A stretch of DNA of 64,000 bases, from the NCBI GenBank assembly GCA_037447605.1, contig CM074805.1, positions 1,707,361 through 1,771,360 of the forward strand. The letters run 5' to 3'. Under the pieces are notes generated by a model. That model was not told the origin of the DNA. It ran no database searches and saw only the letters and a program-made list of their open reading frames with translations. The translations under genes and the position numbers were made by a program. Every line of letters starts with the position of its first letter. The first letter of the stretch is position 1. Below are positions 30,635 through 43,400 of the stretch, piece by piece. The stretch is from Zygnema circumcarinatum SAG 698-1b. Lineage: Eukaryota > Plantae > Zygnematophyceae.

Positions 30635-33600
30635 TGAATTAAGGTTGGGGAGTGAGTTACGGTAAGGGTTCTTGATACATGTTGTTCGGGCTCTGCCAAT
30701 AGCATCCTATTGCATTAGCATCCAGCTAACTTTTAGTTATTTGTCACTTTTCTCGTTATCCTTCACGTTGCTTTTATTCTATTTATGTTTCAGGACACCG
30801 CCATCGATACAATTCATGCGGAGGCGCACCTCGATTGACTTGAACAACAATTCGCCCATTATCACGTTGGTTGGATTGGGGACGAAACTAACATCTTGAT
30901 TGATATGGAAGCCGAGTAATTTAAGATGTATTACGAAAAATTACAAAGAAGTAAGTTTTGAACTCATCGATACGACTCAAAACTTGGCAAATAATGTCCA
31001 TCGTAGTTTGCTTGAATTCAGCGAGTTGTCGTACATGTATCCGATCCCTAGACAACATGCTCCTTGAGTCCCATAATTTAAGAATGGAGAGTAATCATCC
31101 CTATTTGTAATAAGCAAAATCTTCCCCGGCAAGCTCCCATGCCACGCCTCACGCCATGGCGAGGGCCCGCACAGTGTACGGCGCGATGCGGCCCCGCTCG
31201 CCGGTCCACATGGCGCGCGCCATGACCTGATAGGCCGCCGAGGACGGGTGGAAGTAGTCCCAGAACGCGAACTTGTCCGGGGCCGCGCACGTCGTCGTCG
31301 TCACGTTCGCGCCGCCGTACAGCGCGTACTGCCCGCACATCACGACGCCGCCGAACGGCCCCACGCCGCAGCACGCCGTCCGCCCGTCCTCGAACCCTGA
31401 ACCCTCCCTCGCCCGCCCGCCCACCGTCAGACTGACTGACTGCCTCACTGCATGGCTGACTGCAAGGGCGTGCAAGGACCGGCGAGGCTGGCGGGACTCA
31501 CCGTATCGAAGCGGCGTCAAGGCGGCTTCGAGCTGGATCTCGTAGAAGGCGACGGAGAAGGTGAGCTTGAGGGCGGGAAGAGCGCTCGCAAGCGCCTGCA
31601 AGGCTGGCCTCAGAGCAGCGTTGTGGGCCGCCATGATGTCCTGCACTTGCTGCACGCACTGGTCTGTGGTCTGCGCATTGAACGCGAGCGAAATGGCGGG
31701 TGCACACCCGAGGGCGGGAATTCCTTCAACGATAATCTTCCTTGCTCCTTTCGAGTACAGATTCTGCACTCGTATAGTCGTCCATTCCCACGTAAGAATA
31801 ATGTAGATTAGTGCTGGTCATTTTTCGGATTTGTACATGAATTTGGAGTTCTGAAGGTGTGTGCATGAATTGGGCCAGAGCAGTTCAAATTAAAAGGAAA
31901 CATTTTGTGGGAGAGTGGGAACTTTCCTCATGGAAAATACCACGTGGGTAAATCTTTCGTTTCTATTTCGAATCGACCTTGGAGGAATGAAGACTTGTGA
32001 CAACTACGACTTTTGAACTGAACATGTCAGGACCGTTTGTATGAGAAAGCTAAGCTCAGTTGAGTGCACGCAAGGGCCTGAATATATGTCGTCGGAGCCG
32101 TACGTTAATGCCACTGATGACGCCTTCCACGACTTTCATTTTGTAGTCGTCGAATGAAATAGCGGCTTGAAGATCTGGCGACGTTATGTAGACGATGTAA
32201 TCATTGGCGGTAATTGAGATGTAGTACAGCGCGTCTTGAAGTGTCTGCACAGATGCGCAACCGCTTGAAGTGACAAGTGAGTAATGGATTCTCGAGCACT
32301 CCCACACCTGCCAGCATTCCTAATCTCTCCACTCGACGGCCCTCACAACATTTGCTGCTCAGTAAAGTCGGCCCCAAACAGATCAGAATTGTGAATCTTT
32401 CATTCTCAGCTCAGGATTACCTCGTGAGTGAGGTTGTACGCCGATGGGTTCTTAAATAACTTGTCAAAATTGTCCTGCTGCATACCGAAGGAGATGGTCC
32501 TGCCGGCATGGGTGGCATTCAGAACGCCTGAGCCTGCCGAAGCGAAGTTCACTCCATACCTGAAATCGGCCCCGGGCTGAAGGTATGGGGGGGCGTACGG
32601 CAACTTCAACATGTCGCCTGTTGACAACATTGCACACGAAACAGGCGTGTTATTGAAGCTAGGCGGACGGCTCTAGAGCCACATTTGTAGATTTGGCGAT
32701 TCGTAGGCTTGCAGCCGAGCCTACTGTTTTTTGCTCCTCTCGCTGAGATTGTGATTTAGAAGGTGAGATGTGATACGCATGAGCACTCACAGAGGTAGTC
32801 GACGATGAGCTTTCCATTCGCGAAGCGGCCGCTGCTTGGGATGAAGTCCTGGCCGTTGGGCGGGTTGTTGGCGTGGTAGATGGGGTCGGGGATGTAGTTG
32901 TTGTTGCCCGCGTCCGTCGTGCTGCTCCTCTCCTTGTCCTCGTGCCTGTCTCCCACTCTCCTCCCACTCTCTCCGATCTCCCTTCCTCTCTTCTTCCACT
33001 CTCCTGCCTGTCTCCTCCCATTCTCATCCCTCGTCTCTCTCTTCTGTCTGCCTTCCTCCCTTCCTTCCTCTCCTCGCTCTCGTCCCTCCTCTCTCTCTCT
33101 TGTCTGCCTTCCTTCCTCCCTTCCTCACCTCGCTCTCTCCCTCCTCTCTCTCTCCTGTCTGCCTTCCTCGCTCCCTTTCTCTCCTCGCTCTCGTCCCTCT
33201 CTCTCTCCTGTCTGCCTTCCTCCCTCCCTTCCTCTCCTCGCTCTCGTACCTCCTCCCTCTGTCCTGTCTGCCTTCCTTCCTAGCTGCCTCTCCTCGCTCT
33301 CGTCCCTCCTCTCTCTCGCTTGTCTGCCTTCCTCTCCCCCTCCCTCTCCGCCTCTCGCTCTCTCTCCCGCCGCCGTGATCCCTTTATCGAAGTCGTCACT
33401 CCCTCTATCTGCGCGCAGCGGCGGCGGCCGTTATTGCCGTTCGCGGGGATCGGGCGCGGCAGGATCTTGCCTCGCCACGTGTCGCTCTGAGGGCGCCTTT
33501 TTGTCGACATCGTCCCTTCCGTCTGGTCGCGTTGCGGCACCGTTTGTTCTTTGTCATACGATAAATTGATCGCGGCAGAGTTTGTCGTATGGGGTAGGTC

Positions 33601-34000
33601 TCTTACATGACATGACTCTTCCGTTGACATGCTAGAAAACTGACACCGTATGGTTTGTCTTTTCTGGGGTAGTGTCAAATGAGACGACGGCCATTTTGTC
33701 GTGATGTGCCTGTCAACGAACTGTCGTCTTCGTGATTCCGATGGTTACGTTTTGCAAAGTCCAAATGTCGCGTCACTGAGGAAGTACCTCGCCCCTTGAT
33801 TCTCGCGATCCGGTCAACGGCTGAGATCGCAATCCGTCTTAAGATCGGCCGGCAATCGGATAACGGAACGGTTGCCGGCACCTGGCTGACTCGGCAGACT
33901 CCGCAACACGACAGGCGTGCGTCCGGCGCGAGTCTTCCTGGAGGGTCCTCCCTTTTGTCCCGATTCGCGGGTTGCAGGACCCGTAGCGACCGGCGGGGGC
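30635..34000 (-). repeat. Right arm of the inverted duplication
   Basis: Reverse complement of ~25290-28537; near-identical over the 3' part of the gene, more diverged upstream. Confidence 0.9.
31149..32923 (-). pseudogene. Inverted GDSL paralog lacking ATG, signal peptide and VFVLGD of block I
   Basis: Relative to copy A, 121 bp (A 26149-26269) are missing, giving GGAGAGGAGC|AGCACGACGGACGCG; exons 2-5 and splice sites are intact and stop-free; the only in-frame upstream start I found is GTG at 32956. Confidence 0.72.
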
Positions 34001-34890
34001 TTTTGGAACGTGCTCAAAAAAGACAGAAAAATAGCAAAGAATTGGAACCACGATGGGCCAGCCAGCGCGTCGCTAGTGGACGAATATCGCTGAACCATCT
34101 CGAAGGCGCCGCCGGAGGGTTTAACTCTTCGCATTAAATCAGCTCTTGGCATTTTCTTACCCGCCGCGGACTGGAGGCGCCGACCCTTGTCCCGAATCCC
34201 GATCGGACTTCCGTGTCGTCTGTACAGGAAAACTGTCTGTACGAACGAGCATTAAATCTGCGTGACGTGTGTTATGCTGAACAAGCGCGTTTTCTTGCCC
34301 ATTACAAACCGACAACGCAAATTTTTAGCAAGGAATTTATAATTGACACACCTCTTTTGGCTATTTTAACACCTTTTTGGTGAAATGAAAATCCTCAAAA
34401 CCCTCAAATCTGACCGGCGAAAAAAGGTGTGAGAATAGCCAAAAAAGTGTGTAATTAGCTCCCCAGTAAAACAAAGGGAAGCCCCCGGGCAGGGTGGGTT
34501 CAGGCAGCTTTTAAGCCTTAGGGTTTTGGGGCTTCGGCTCACACAAACTTGTTGCAAGGTTTGGCCTCCGTGTTCAACATGACATATTTGTGTGCGTGTT
34601 GGGGCATGAGGGTCCTCAAACCCCCACGAGGCTGATAACCCTACAAACCATTTCTTCTGTAAAGAATATGAACAAGAACATGCTCTACATAGAGGAGGTG
34701 TTGAAGCAATTTGAGGCGGCCAAAAACTTCCAAAAAAACATGTTTTTGGAGAGGTGGAGTGCTACATGCCAATCACTGATTTTTAAAATGGTCGATGTTG
34801 CAGGAGAATGAATGCCCATTGGATTCTTTATCATCCAGAGGGCTTCATTTTCACACACTCTTATCTCTCTCCCCCGAGCCACCCTTCTTG

Positions 34891-37800
34891 TCAGCTCTTC
34901 GCCGATTTCTTCACCCCTTTTTTCCCTGCCTTGCTCGCTTTTGGAGTTGCTTTCGGCTTGGAGGGCTTTCCGCGGGTCTTGGCTTTCGGCTTTGCCCTCG
35001 CTTTGCCGCTCATCTGCCAATCAAAAGCAATCTCAGTTGGAGTACGGGTCGCAAAAAAAAAAAAAAAAAAAAGTAAAGACTGGTCGGTCACCACATCCGC
35101 ACCTCGCCATTTCTCTCTTGGGAAAGGGAAGGGAAGACTTGTAAGCCGTTATGAATGGTGGGATCTCTCACCTTGGCGCCGCTTCCAAACTTGGGCAGCT
35201 TTACAGCCTTCCCAACACTTTTCCCTTTCGCCTTCTTCTGCAAACTCCCGACACAATTCTTCATCAAGCCATCACTTTTTTGCTCTAAGTTTCACAAAGG
35301 GCGCGGTTTCAGATGGCATCCTAGTACCATTCTCACCCACCACTGTCCAAAAGCACACAGACAAGTGGCAACTATTTGTTTCCATATCGCTTCTCTCTGC
35401 ACCGCACTGCTGTGCATCCATCCATGAAAAGCAATAAATAAAAAAGACTGAAGCGAATGCGTCTTGCTTCTTATGTACCAGGAATCAATTTTCTCGACGA
35501 CTAGCAACAACCCAGCAATAACGTTGACCAACAAAGCTCAAGGACGGAAGTTCTGCAGACTATGAATCCATTTAGTGATTCAAAGTGAGCGGATAAGAAC
35601 ACTTGCCTCCTGCCCTCCGCCTTCATCCCCTGCCATATGGCTCTCGCCCCCTTTCGACTTTTCCGGCTGAGCAGCAGCATGATGCTCCCCCTCATCATCG
35701 GAGCCAAGGGCGAAATCCTCCAGAGTGCCTACAGGATATGGAAAGTTGGCAAACTTTCATCATAAATCGACTGATTGGACGAAGCTAATCCCAGAATAGA
35801 CACGAACCCACAATAGAAAACCACAAAAGCTTGCTGCTAGTAGCGAACATCATCACACCATAAACTTCACGAGCGATGCTTCACAAGGCATGCAAGTGGT
35901 AGCTGAGTCTGGGAATTTAACTGTCAAGTTTGGTTACATCAAGCTTCTCCACCCTCGTGATCTTAGGGATTTCAATGGTTTATGAAGAACAACCAACCTT
36001 CTATGATAGTTTCTGTCTCGTGCACGCTTTTGTCCTCTTGAAGCTGCATGAAGTCGTTCATGACAGCTTCAACCTGCTACCTCTCCCCATTTTCGACTTT
36101 CTACACATCAATAGCTCGCTTCTCAAACACGTTCCTCCCTCCTGGCTCTTGTTCTTCTCCCTTGTCCCTAAAACGCGTTCTCATACTACTTTTTTTTCCT
36201 TCAAACCTGTCAAGTCTTTCCTTCTGCATTGCTGTATTCCGACCTTCTGGTCTGAGCCTCATCCCTCACGTTCCATGTTCACATAGCAACAGTGAAGACA
36301 ATTCCTTAAGGGGTACGGAGACAGAGAACCAAAAACTTGCTCACCTTAGCTTCAGTCATGCCGACATTAACGACCATGAAGGTGTTGCAGGGTACAATTG
36401 TGGCCTTGTATACAATGCCTGCACTCAACCTTCACCCTCCATGCAATGAATCATTTCCGTAGCCTCACACCTTATTCTTTAACCACTGCAGAATGGGCTG
36501 TAGTTATAAGCATCGGCAGACGAACTTCTTTATAACCCATCTGCAGAGTGATGACCGCACCTTTAAGGTCAAGCAGGAGGTCGGACTCTCCCTTCCCTTT
36601 GCCTTGTCGCACCGCGAGCCGTCCCACTGCTCCAGTATCGCCACTCAAATCCAAGGCCTCCACTGCACTCTCAATAAGGACCTGCCTCGCACTTTTCATG
36701 AGAACAAAACAACCATGCAACAAATAGTTTCTGCACAACAAGGAGCAACCGCTTTTGCTTTTTTTACATTCACCATTTGTCAAAGGACATCAGCTCGCAT
36801 GGTGCGGATATGCACTCGTATGCCTTGCAATCATGAGAAATGACCTGAATCGTTTCGTTTGCATCAGTTAATTTGAGCATGTAAAGTTTCCCAAGGCCAA
36901 GACGAGAAGTGAACAGGCGCAGCGAAGCAATAAGTTCTTGAATGGGCGAGATATGAGGAACAGTTACTTATCTGAAGCAAAAAAACAAAAATAAAAGACA
37001 GTGACTATATGTCACCTAAGTAGTCAAAATACCTTTGAACGGTGGACCTTATCCGGCAAAATTAGTGGCATTGACGACATGGCCTGCATGAGCATGACAG
37101 TTCCCCCAGACTGCTTCAAATTCATCCCTGCTAGAGATTATCCGAATTCGAAGCACCCAAGCTGGAGTTTGCCGAAACAAAAGCACTGCAGCCAAAAGTG
37201 CACATAAGGCACATTCTGATCACCTTTTGCTTCGTAATCTTCTCTGCCGCTTTACTTTCTCCATTGACCAATACTGCTTCCTCTTGCTTCCCCTCATCCT
37301 CACCAGCCAATAATACTGGCTCTATCTTCACAACGTTTCGTCGGCTGTCTCGTCCGACACCCCCGGCCACTTCAATAACACTTGAAATTGGGGTCTCTTG
37401 AAGTTTCGCCTTTATTGTAGGAGATACTTTTGGCGATGCCTTTCCTCCTTTCTTTGATCCTACAAACTCCTCCGCAGCATTTATAGGCTGTTCTTTCTGC
37501 CCCTCTTCCAAGTCGCCTTCGTTCTTGATCACTTCACGCGAGCCTCGCTTGGTTGAGCTTGCCACTTTAGATGGCGTAATATCCTCTTCAACCCACTCAT
37601 CATCTTCATCATCATCCGTATCATCCTCATCCGTATCATCCTCCTCATCTTCTTCTTCACCACCTCGTTCCTCCCCTTCATCAAAACCCACGGGCTGTGA
37701 CTTTTGTGACGTTCTTCTCCTACTTCTCACTACTGCTACCTCGCCTTCAGGTACACCCTCAGATAGGTCGTCTCCCTCTCGCTTTCGAGAACTACCCCCG

Positions 37801-39763
37801 TTTTCAGCCTCTGCGTCTGGGGATTCATTCGAGTATAAATTCATTTCCCTTCTTCTCTCGGGCTTGCTAATGCTGTGCTTTTGTGAATCAACCTCGTTTC
37901 CTCCCATTACCCCTGTCGGTTTCTTCCCCTCCTCGTTCTCGCCACTTTTTGTGGCCATCTGCTTCCTCAGTATAGCACCTTTCTCAATTCCTCTCCCGCT
38001 CCTTTGCCCCTCACCTCGCTCCCGCAACCGCATGCTTTCGGTTGTAGAGGGCCCACCTCCAGCCAATTCCAACGGGTCGTTCAGATCTCTCTTCTCGAAG
38101 TCATTCTCTTCCTCATCAGTCAGATCTATGGCCTCATTGTCCGTCGTTTTCGATCTGCTCCTCTTTCGCCCGGAGCCATTCTGCAACCCAGGAGTTGAAT
38201 CCCCCTTTGGGGCAGTTTTTTTTTGCCGTTTTCCTCTTTTGAGAACCTCACACGGTTCGCTCTCTTCAGCAACCTCCTCCTCCTCAGTTGCAGCAGTCGT
38301 TTCTCCAGTGGCTTTTCTTTTCCGTCCTCTCGTTTCATGTTGCCGGCTCCCACCCTTCTCTACGCCTACTTCACCCTCCACAAATCCTGCAGTTTCCTCC
38401 CTACTTCTGCGAGTCCCTCTAGGCAGCTGATCAACGCTTCCCTTTGAACTTTTTTGCATGCGCCCACCGCTTCGAGAAGGGGACGATGACGATGAAGACA
38501 AGTGGAGAAGTTCCTCCTTTTCTAATGGACTCTGTGCCCAGCGGATTCACGAACACATGTCAACCCTCATTGTACTCTGTGCGTGATTTACTTTCATAGC
38601 GTGGCCACGATTCAGGCTCATCGCAACAGATAGAGGCGCCACGAGTTAGCCCTTATATATATGATGCATAAAACCTGAGTATTGAAATAGTAGTAGGGAA
38701 GACCTCCAAAACACATGAATGAAGTATGGATCAACTAAGAGAAAGGAGAGCTGAAGTTCTACAGTATCTAAGGGTCATCACGCCTTTGACGTTCCGTAAT
38801 GGAGTTTTAGCAAACGGCCCCTAAGCAGTGCGAAATTGAAGTTCACTATATTATCCACGTGGCCTAATAATTACAGTAGGTACAAAATCTCTTGTCTTAT
38901 GCATAGGAACAGTCGTGAAACTGGAAACTTCACAATGCTTTTAACAGTCTCATAGAGATGAAAATTGCTGCTCATGATCAAAATGACTGAAATTTATGCA
39001 CTTTAGGCAAGAGTTTTTTGCTTGGAAGGGCTGACTGCCCGAGATATCTTGAGCACAATGCCGCTGGGCAGTGGCGGCTGAAGCTAATTGGCTACCAACC
39101 AGCTACGGCTTTGTGCAATCCAAAAGAAAAGAAGAGAAATCCTTTTTAGATACCTTGACTTGTTTCAATTTTCCGAGAAGTTCTCTTTGGAGAGATTATC
39201 AGGGGTATGTGTGAACAAGGAGATGACTAGGTCTCAGTCATTCAACATGAGTTTTACGTAGGCAAAATCAAACACTAGCTTTAAAAATAAACTCTAAAAT
39301 GGAAACATTATGCATTTCCTATTGGCATGATCAGGAGACGCGGAGATCCTTATTTGGAGCAGACCCATCCAAAGATGTGCAATCTCTTGTCATATCGTGT
39401 TATGCTACAGAGAGGCAACAGAACTTTTTTTCATAAGAGCTTTTCAATAACTCGTTAGATCAACTTCGTGAGAGACACGGTTGCTGACGAATAGATGCAT
39501 CGGCTCAGCTTACTTCCCTACAAAATGTGACATTTTCCAAAATTCCTGTATTGTTCAGCTGACAACTGATTGACTTATGAACGGCTTCCAAATTTAATTT
39601 TTTCCAAGATACAAAACTTGCCAGAATGTTCTTCAAATCGCTTCAGAAACGCTGTTATGATAATCATCAACAAGAAAACGGAAAAGACAACAATGTTGAT
39701 GATGTTACGGAGGAAGCGCACCTGGAACTCCCGCATCCACTCAGGATCGCCCTCCTCCGCCAT
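34891..39763 (-). CDS. BIN4: DNA-binding protein BIN4/MIDGET (topoisomerase VI accessory subunit); ~9 exons, first 39763-39722, large exon 38531-37224, last ~35012-34891
   Basis: MAEEGDPEWMREFQ start; MPLILPDKVHRSK|VLIESAVEALDLSGDTGAVGR...LLLDLKG|IVYKATIVPCNTFMVVNVGMTEAK|VEAVMNDFMQL...ETIIEG|TLEDF; Lys-rich C-terminus with KTRGKP. Confidence 0.9.
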
Positions 39764-40265
39764 CGCTGCCAGCCTCTCCCTCTCTCCCTCCCTCCCTCTC
39801 TTCACAGAGCGAGCCACCCTCCCTCCCTCCCTCTCTCCCTCTCTCCCCTGCCCATTCACCATGCCCCTCTTGCTCCCTCCCTCCCTCCCGAATCATTCCA
39901 TGACCCCATCACACATGCGTTTACCATTTCATCGCCACATCTGCAGGATATATCGAGATATATCGATGCAATGCGATGGGTGAAAATATCGGAATTTATT
40001 GGAAGATATCGGCTTGGCCCCTGTGGAGTGGGGCCCACCACGGCCGGACCACAAACCGACACCGCCCGGGGCGCCTCCGTACGTCTCACACGAGCGAATC
40101 TCGTCCTCGTTCACACTGCGCCGGAACCTTCCGGAGGTCCTCGTCGTCGTCGTCGTCGGCCAGCTCCCACGTGTCATAAAGAACCACGTGCCACGTGGAC
40201 GGCTGAAATGAGTCGAGGCCCGATCGGACGGTTGAGAAGTGCCGTGGGAGGCCAAGCGACGTCTC

Positions 40266-40280
40266 AGAAACTTCTAGAAG
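40266..40280 (+). promoter_or_regulatory. Perfect three-unit heat-shock element aGAAacTTCtaGAAg upstream of HOP
   Basis: nGAAnnTTCnnGAAn ~160 nt before the HOP ATG; a near-perfect second copy GAAccTTCcgGAG at 40124-40136. Confidence 0.8.
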
Positions 40281-40438
40281 GCCCTCCCGCCTTCAAGCGG
40301 GAGCTGCGTTCCTGTAAGAGCAGGGCTGGGCTCATATTTGGAGTGAAGGGTAGAGGTTGGGAGATTATAATACGGAGATTAGAGAGGTAGGGAAGCTTGC
40401 AGGGAGGTCAATAGGGGTGGTTGGAAGGGGGGGGGAAC

Positions 40439-43400
40439 ATGGCGGAGGAGGCGAAGGCGAAAGGCAACAAGGCGTTTTCTGGAGGGCAGTATGAGGAAGC
40501 CATCAAACATTTCACAGACGCGATAGAGCTTGCGCCTGACAACCACGTGCTGTACAGGTAAGACTGAAGTTGCAATGATTTATCGGTTTAGGTAACGGAG
40601 TTTCTGGAGGATAGTTGACCGGATTAGGGAAGCGTCGGCAGGAAATGGGCGCATTTGAGCGGGTATTTTTATTGCGCACTTAATGGGACTGTGGCTCAGA
40701 ACCCTTTTACCCTTCATGGGCATTCTTGAATGTCATCACATTGATTCCGGCATTTAGCCGAGGAAATGCCGAAATACTTAGAAGGGCATTGCTGTATTTC
40801 ATCTTTATTAACTTTGCATGGCATGTGCCTGTGGGAAGGTTAGAGCATGTAGTGACGCCTTTCTTTATTCGTGTCGGAGGTCCTAATGTTGCTCGTCTGT
40901 TTTTCTGTAATGGTTTACTTGAATGAATTGAGCTTGCATACCGTCTTCAGGTCAAACTCAAGAAATTTTGAACTGTACATTCGCTAGGAGAAGAATGGAT
41001 TTAGAAGCCGTTGCTATTTCCTCAGACTGCTCCATCGACTTACAGTTAACTGTATCTGGCATTCGTCGGAGTGCCTTGCTTTACACATTTTTCCTGTCAC
41101 CATTCAACAAAGTCTCACTGAAGTGTTTGAATCAACGCTGTTTTTTTTAGTAGCTCCTCTGGCACTGCAGTGTTTTTACATGAAACTTTGTGATAATGTT
41201 GGCATAGAAGTGCTTGTATGTCTTCTCGTTTGAAGCGTAACTTGCGGGCCTCGCCTTATCCACCAATCTTGTCATGTGGTCCTGCTTCTGCTGCAGTAAT
41301 CGGTCGGCCTCATATGCCAGCCTTCAAAAGTATGCAGAGGCCCTTGCGGATGCAGAGCAGACAGTGAAGCTGCAGCCAACCTGGGCGAAGGGCTACAGCC
41401 GTCTGGGCGCTGCACATGTTGGCTTGGGGGAGCATGACGAGGCCATTATTGCATACAGAAAAGGCCTTGAACACGACCCACAGAATGAAGGTCTGAAGGC
41501 GGGTCTGAAAGATGCTGAAGCAGCCCAGTCGAAGTCACCAGAAGGTGGCATGGGTATGCTTGGCAATGCTTTCCAGGTATTGAATCATGTCTTTCTTTTT
41601 TAATGCACGATTCCTGTGTCGGTTTGGATGCTATGAATTCTTGAATGTATGGAACTTTTTTAATACATGCTATTACACAGTAAACTTTTTCCATGTTGTT
41701 GATTGATTGTTGTGAAATAAGTTTGTTCGTAAATTTGACTTTGACGCCCAGCACTCCCTGTTGGTTTTATTCGCTTGCCGGGGGATTCCAGGGACCGGAA
41801 GTCTGGGCAAAGCTTCACAATGATCCTCGTACTAGGCAGTTCCTGCAACAAGCAGATTTCCGCGCTATGCTGCAGGATGTTCAGAAAAACCCAGATCATT
41901 TCTCTCTTTATCTCAATGACAAGCGCATGATGACGGTAAGAGTGGATACAAGCCTTTATCATCGTGCAAAATGTTGGATACCGACCGACTCATTCAGTGT
42001 CCGTGTGTGAAGCGTACAGATCAGGAGATGCAGTTGAGATTGAGATACTAAGATTACTGTTCTGTCTCTGCAGACACTTGGGATTCTTCTTGGAATCAAC
42101 ATACAAACTGCTGATTCAGCATCCGCTGCTGGGAAAATCTTTGAAGAGGATGATGCTGAAAAGCCAGCAACTCCCCGAGCTGCAGAGCCTGCTCCACCAC
42201 CTCCCGAAACAGAGCCTAATGCGGATGAGCCGATGGAAACAGAGGAAAGAGAAAAGAAGCGCAGGAAACAGGAGGCTGTGAAAGAGAAAGAAGCAGGGAA
42301 TACTGCATATAAGAAAAAAGAATTTGAGACAGCCATAGAACATTACTCAAAAGCATTGGAACTGGATGATGAAGACATTTCGTTCATAACGAATAGGGCA
42401 GCAGTATATCTCGAGATGGGTAAGGTGAGTAACATGGCTGATGAATACTCAGATCAAGTCAGAGAATTGTGTGCGAGTGTGTTTACATAATGCAGGAGAT
42501 TGAATATTTGGAATAGCCTGCTTGCACCGCTTTCGGAGGTGGTTGCTAAACATTATGTGTGACTGATTTTCCTGCAAACTAAATTTCTGATGAATTGGCA
42601 ACATTCCTAGTCTCTGTCTTTCTTGGAAATGGCTGATTTTTCTACCCTCGTTGCATTGTACGCAGTATGAGGAATGTATTGCAGACTGCGATAAAGCCGT
42701 GGAGCGGGGCCGTGAACTCCACGCTGACTACAAAATGATAGCGCGGGCTCTGACTCGGAAGGGAACTGCTCTTCTGAAGACGGCTAAGACATCTGCAGAC
42801 TATGATGCTCCCATTGAGATCTTCAACAAGGTGATTGACATTTTTAAACAGGGGAACTTAAAATGTAATAAGGTTACAAATCACTAAATAGAGAGTTTTT
42901 ATCGCATACTTCTAAGAGTTGGAAACAAACTCTGAAGTTTTTTGTCGAGTTAGCTTTCAGTATTAGATGGTACACTTTGTAACAAGCAGGGATTGTTGCT
43001 GGGGGCCCAAGCAGGCACTTACAGAGCACAGAAATCCAGACACGCTGAAGAGGTTGAACGAGGCTGAGCGCGCCAAAAAGGACTTGGAACAGCAGGAGTG
43101 TTATAACCCTCAACTAGCCGATGAAGAACGAGAAAAAGGTCAGTTCTCTGCATAATTTGCTCGTCTCGGAAATGAAGCCTCCATCTTCTCTCGTCTTACG
43201 GGTTGTTTTCCCGTTTGTGGAGGGCTTATCGGTCGATTAAGAATCGTCAGTCTTGTCTCACCCGTTCACATTGTGTTCGAGTTAATGATGTTTCTACGAG
43301 AGAAGAAGCTGAAACTGGACCGTCGGGCTTCATCATTTTTCAGACGCTGATATGGAGGGATCCCACGCCAGTCCCTTTTTTGGCTGATTAGTTTAATAAA

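Noticed and set aside
37525-38430. 301-aa plus-strand ORF
   Set aside because: Antisense shadow of the low-complexity BIN4 exon 2.
39069-39085. CAGTGGCGG hAT-like left terminus in BIN4 intron 1
   Set aside because: No matching right terminus or TSD found.
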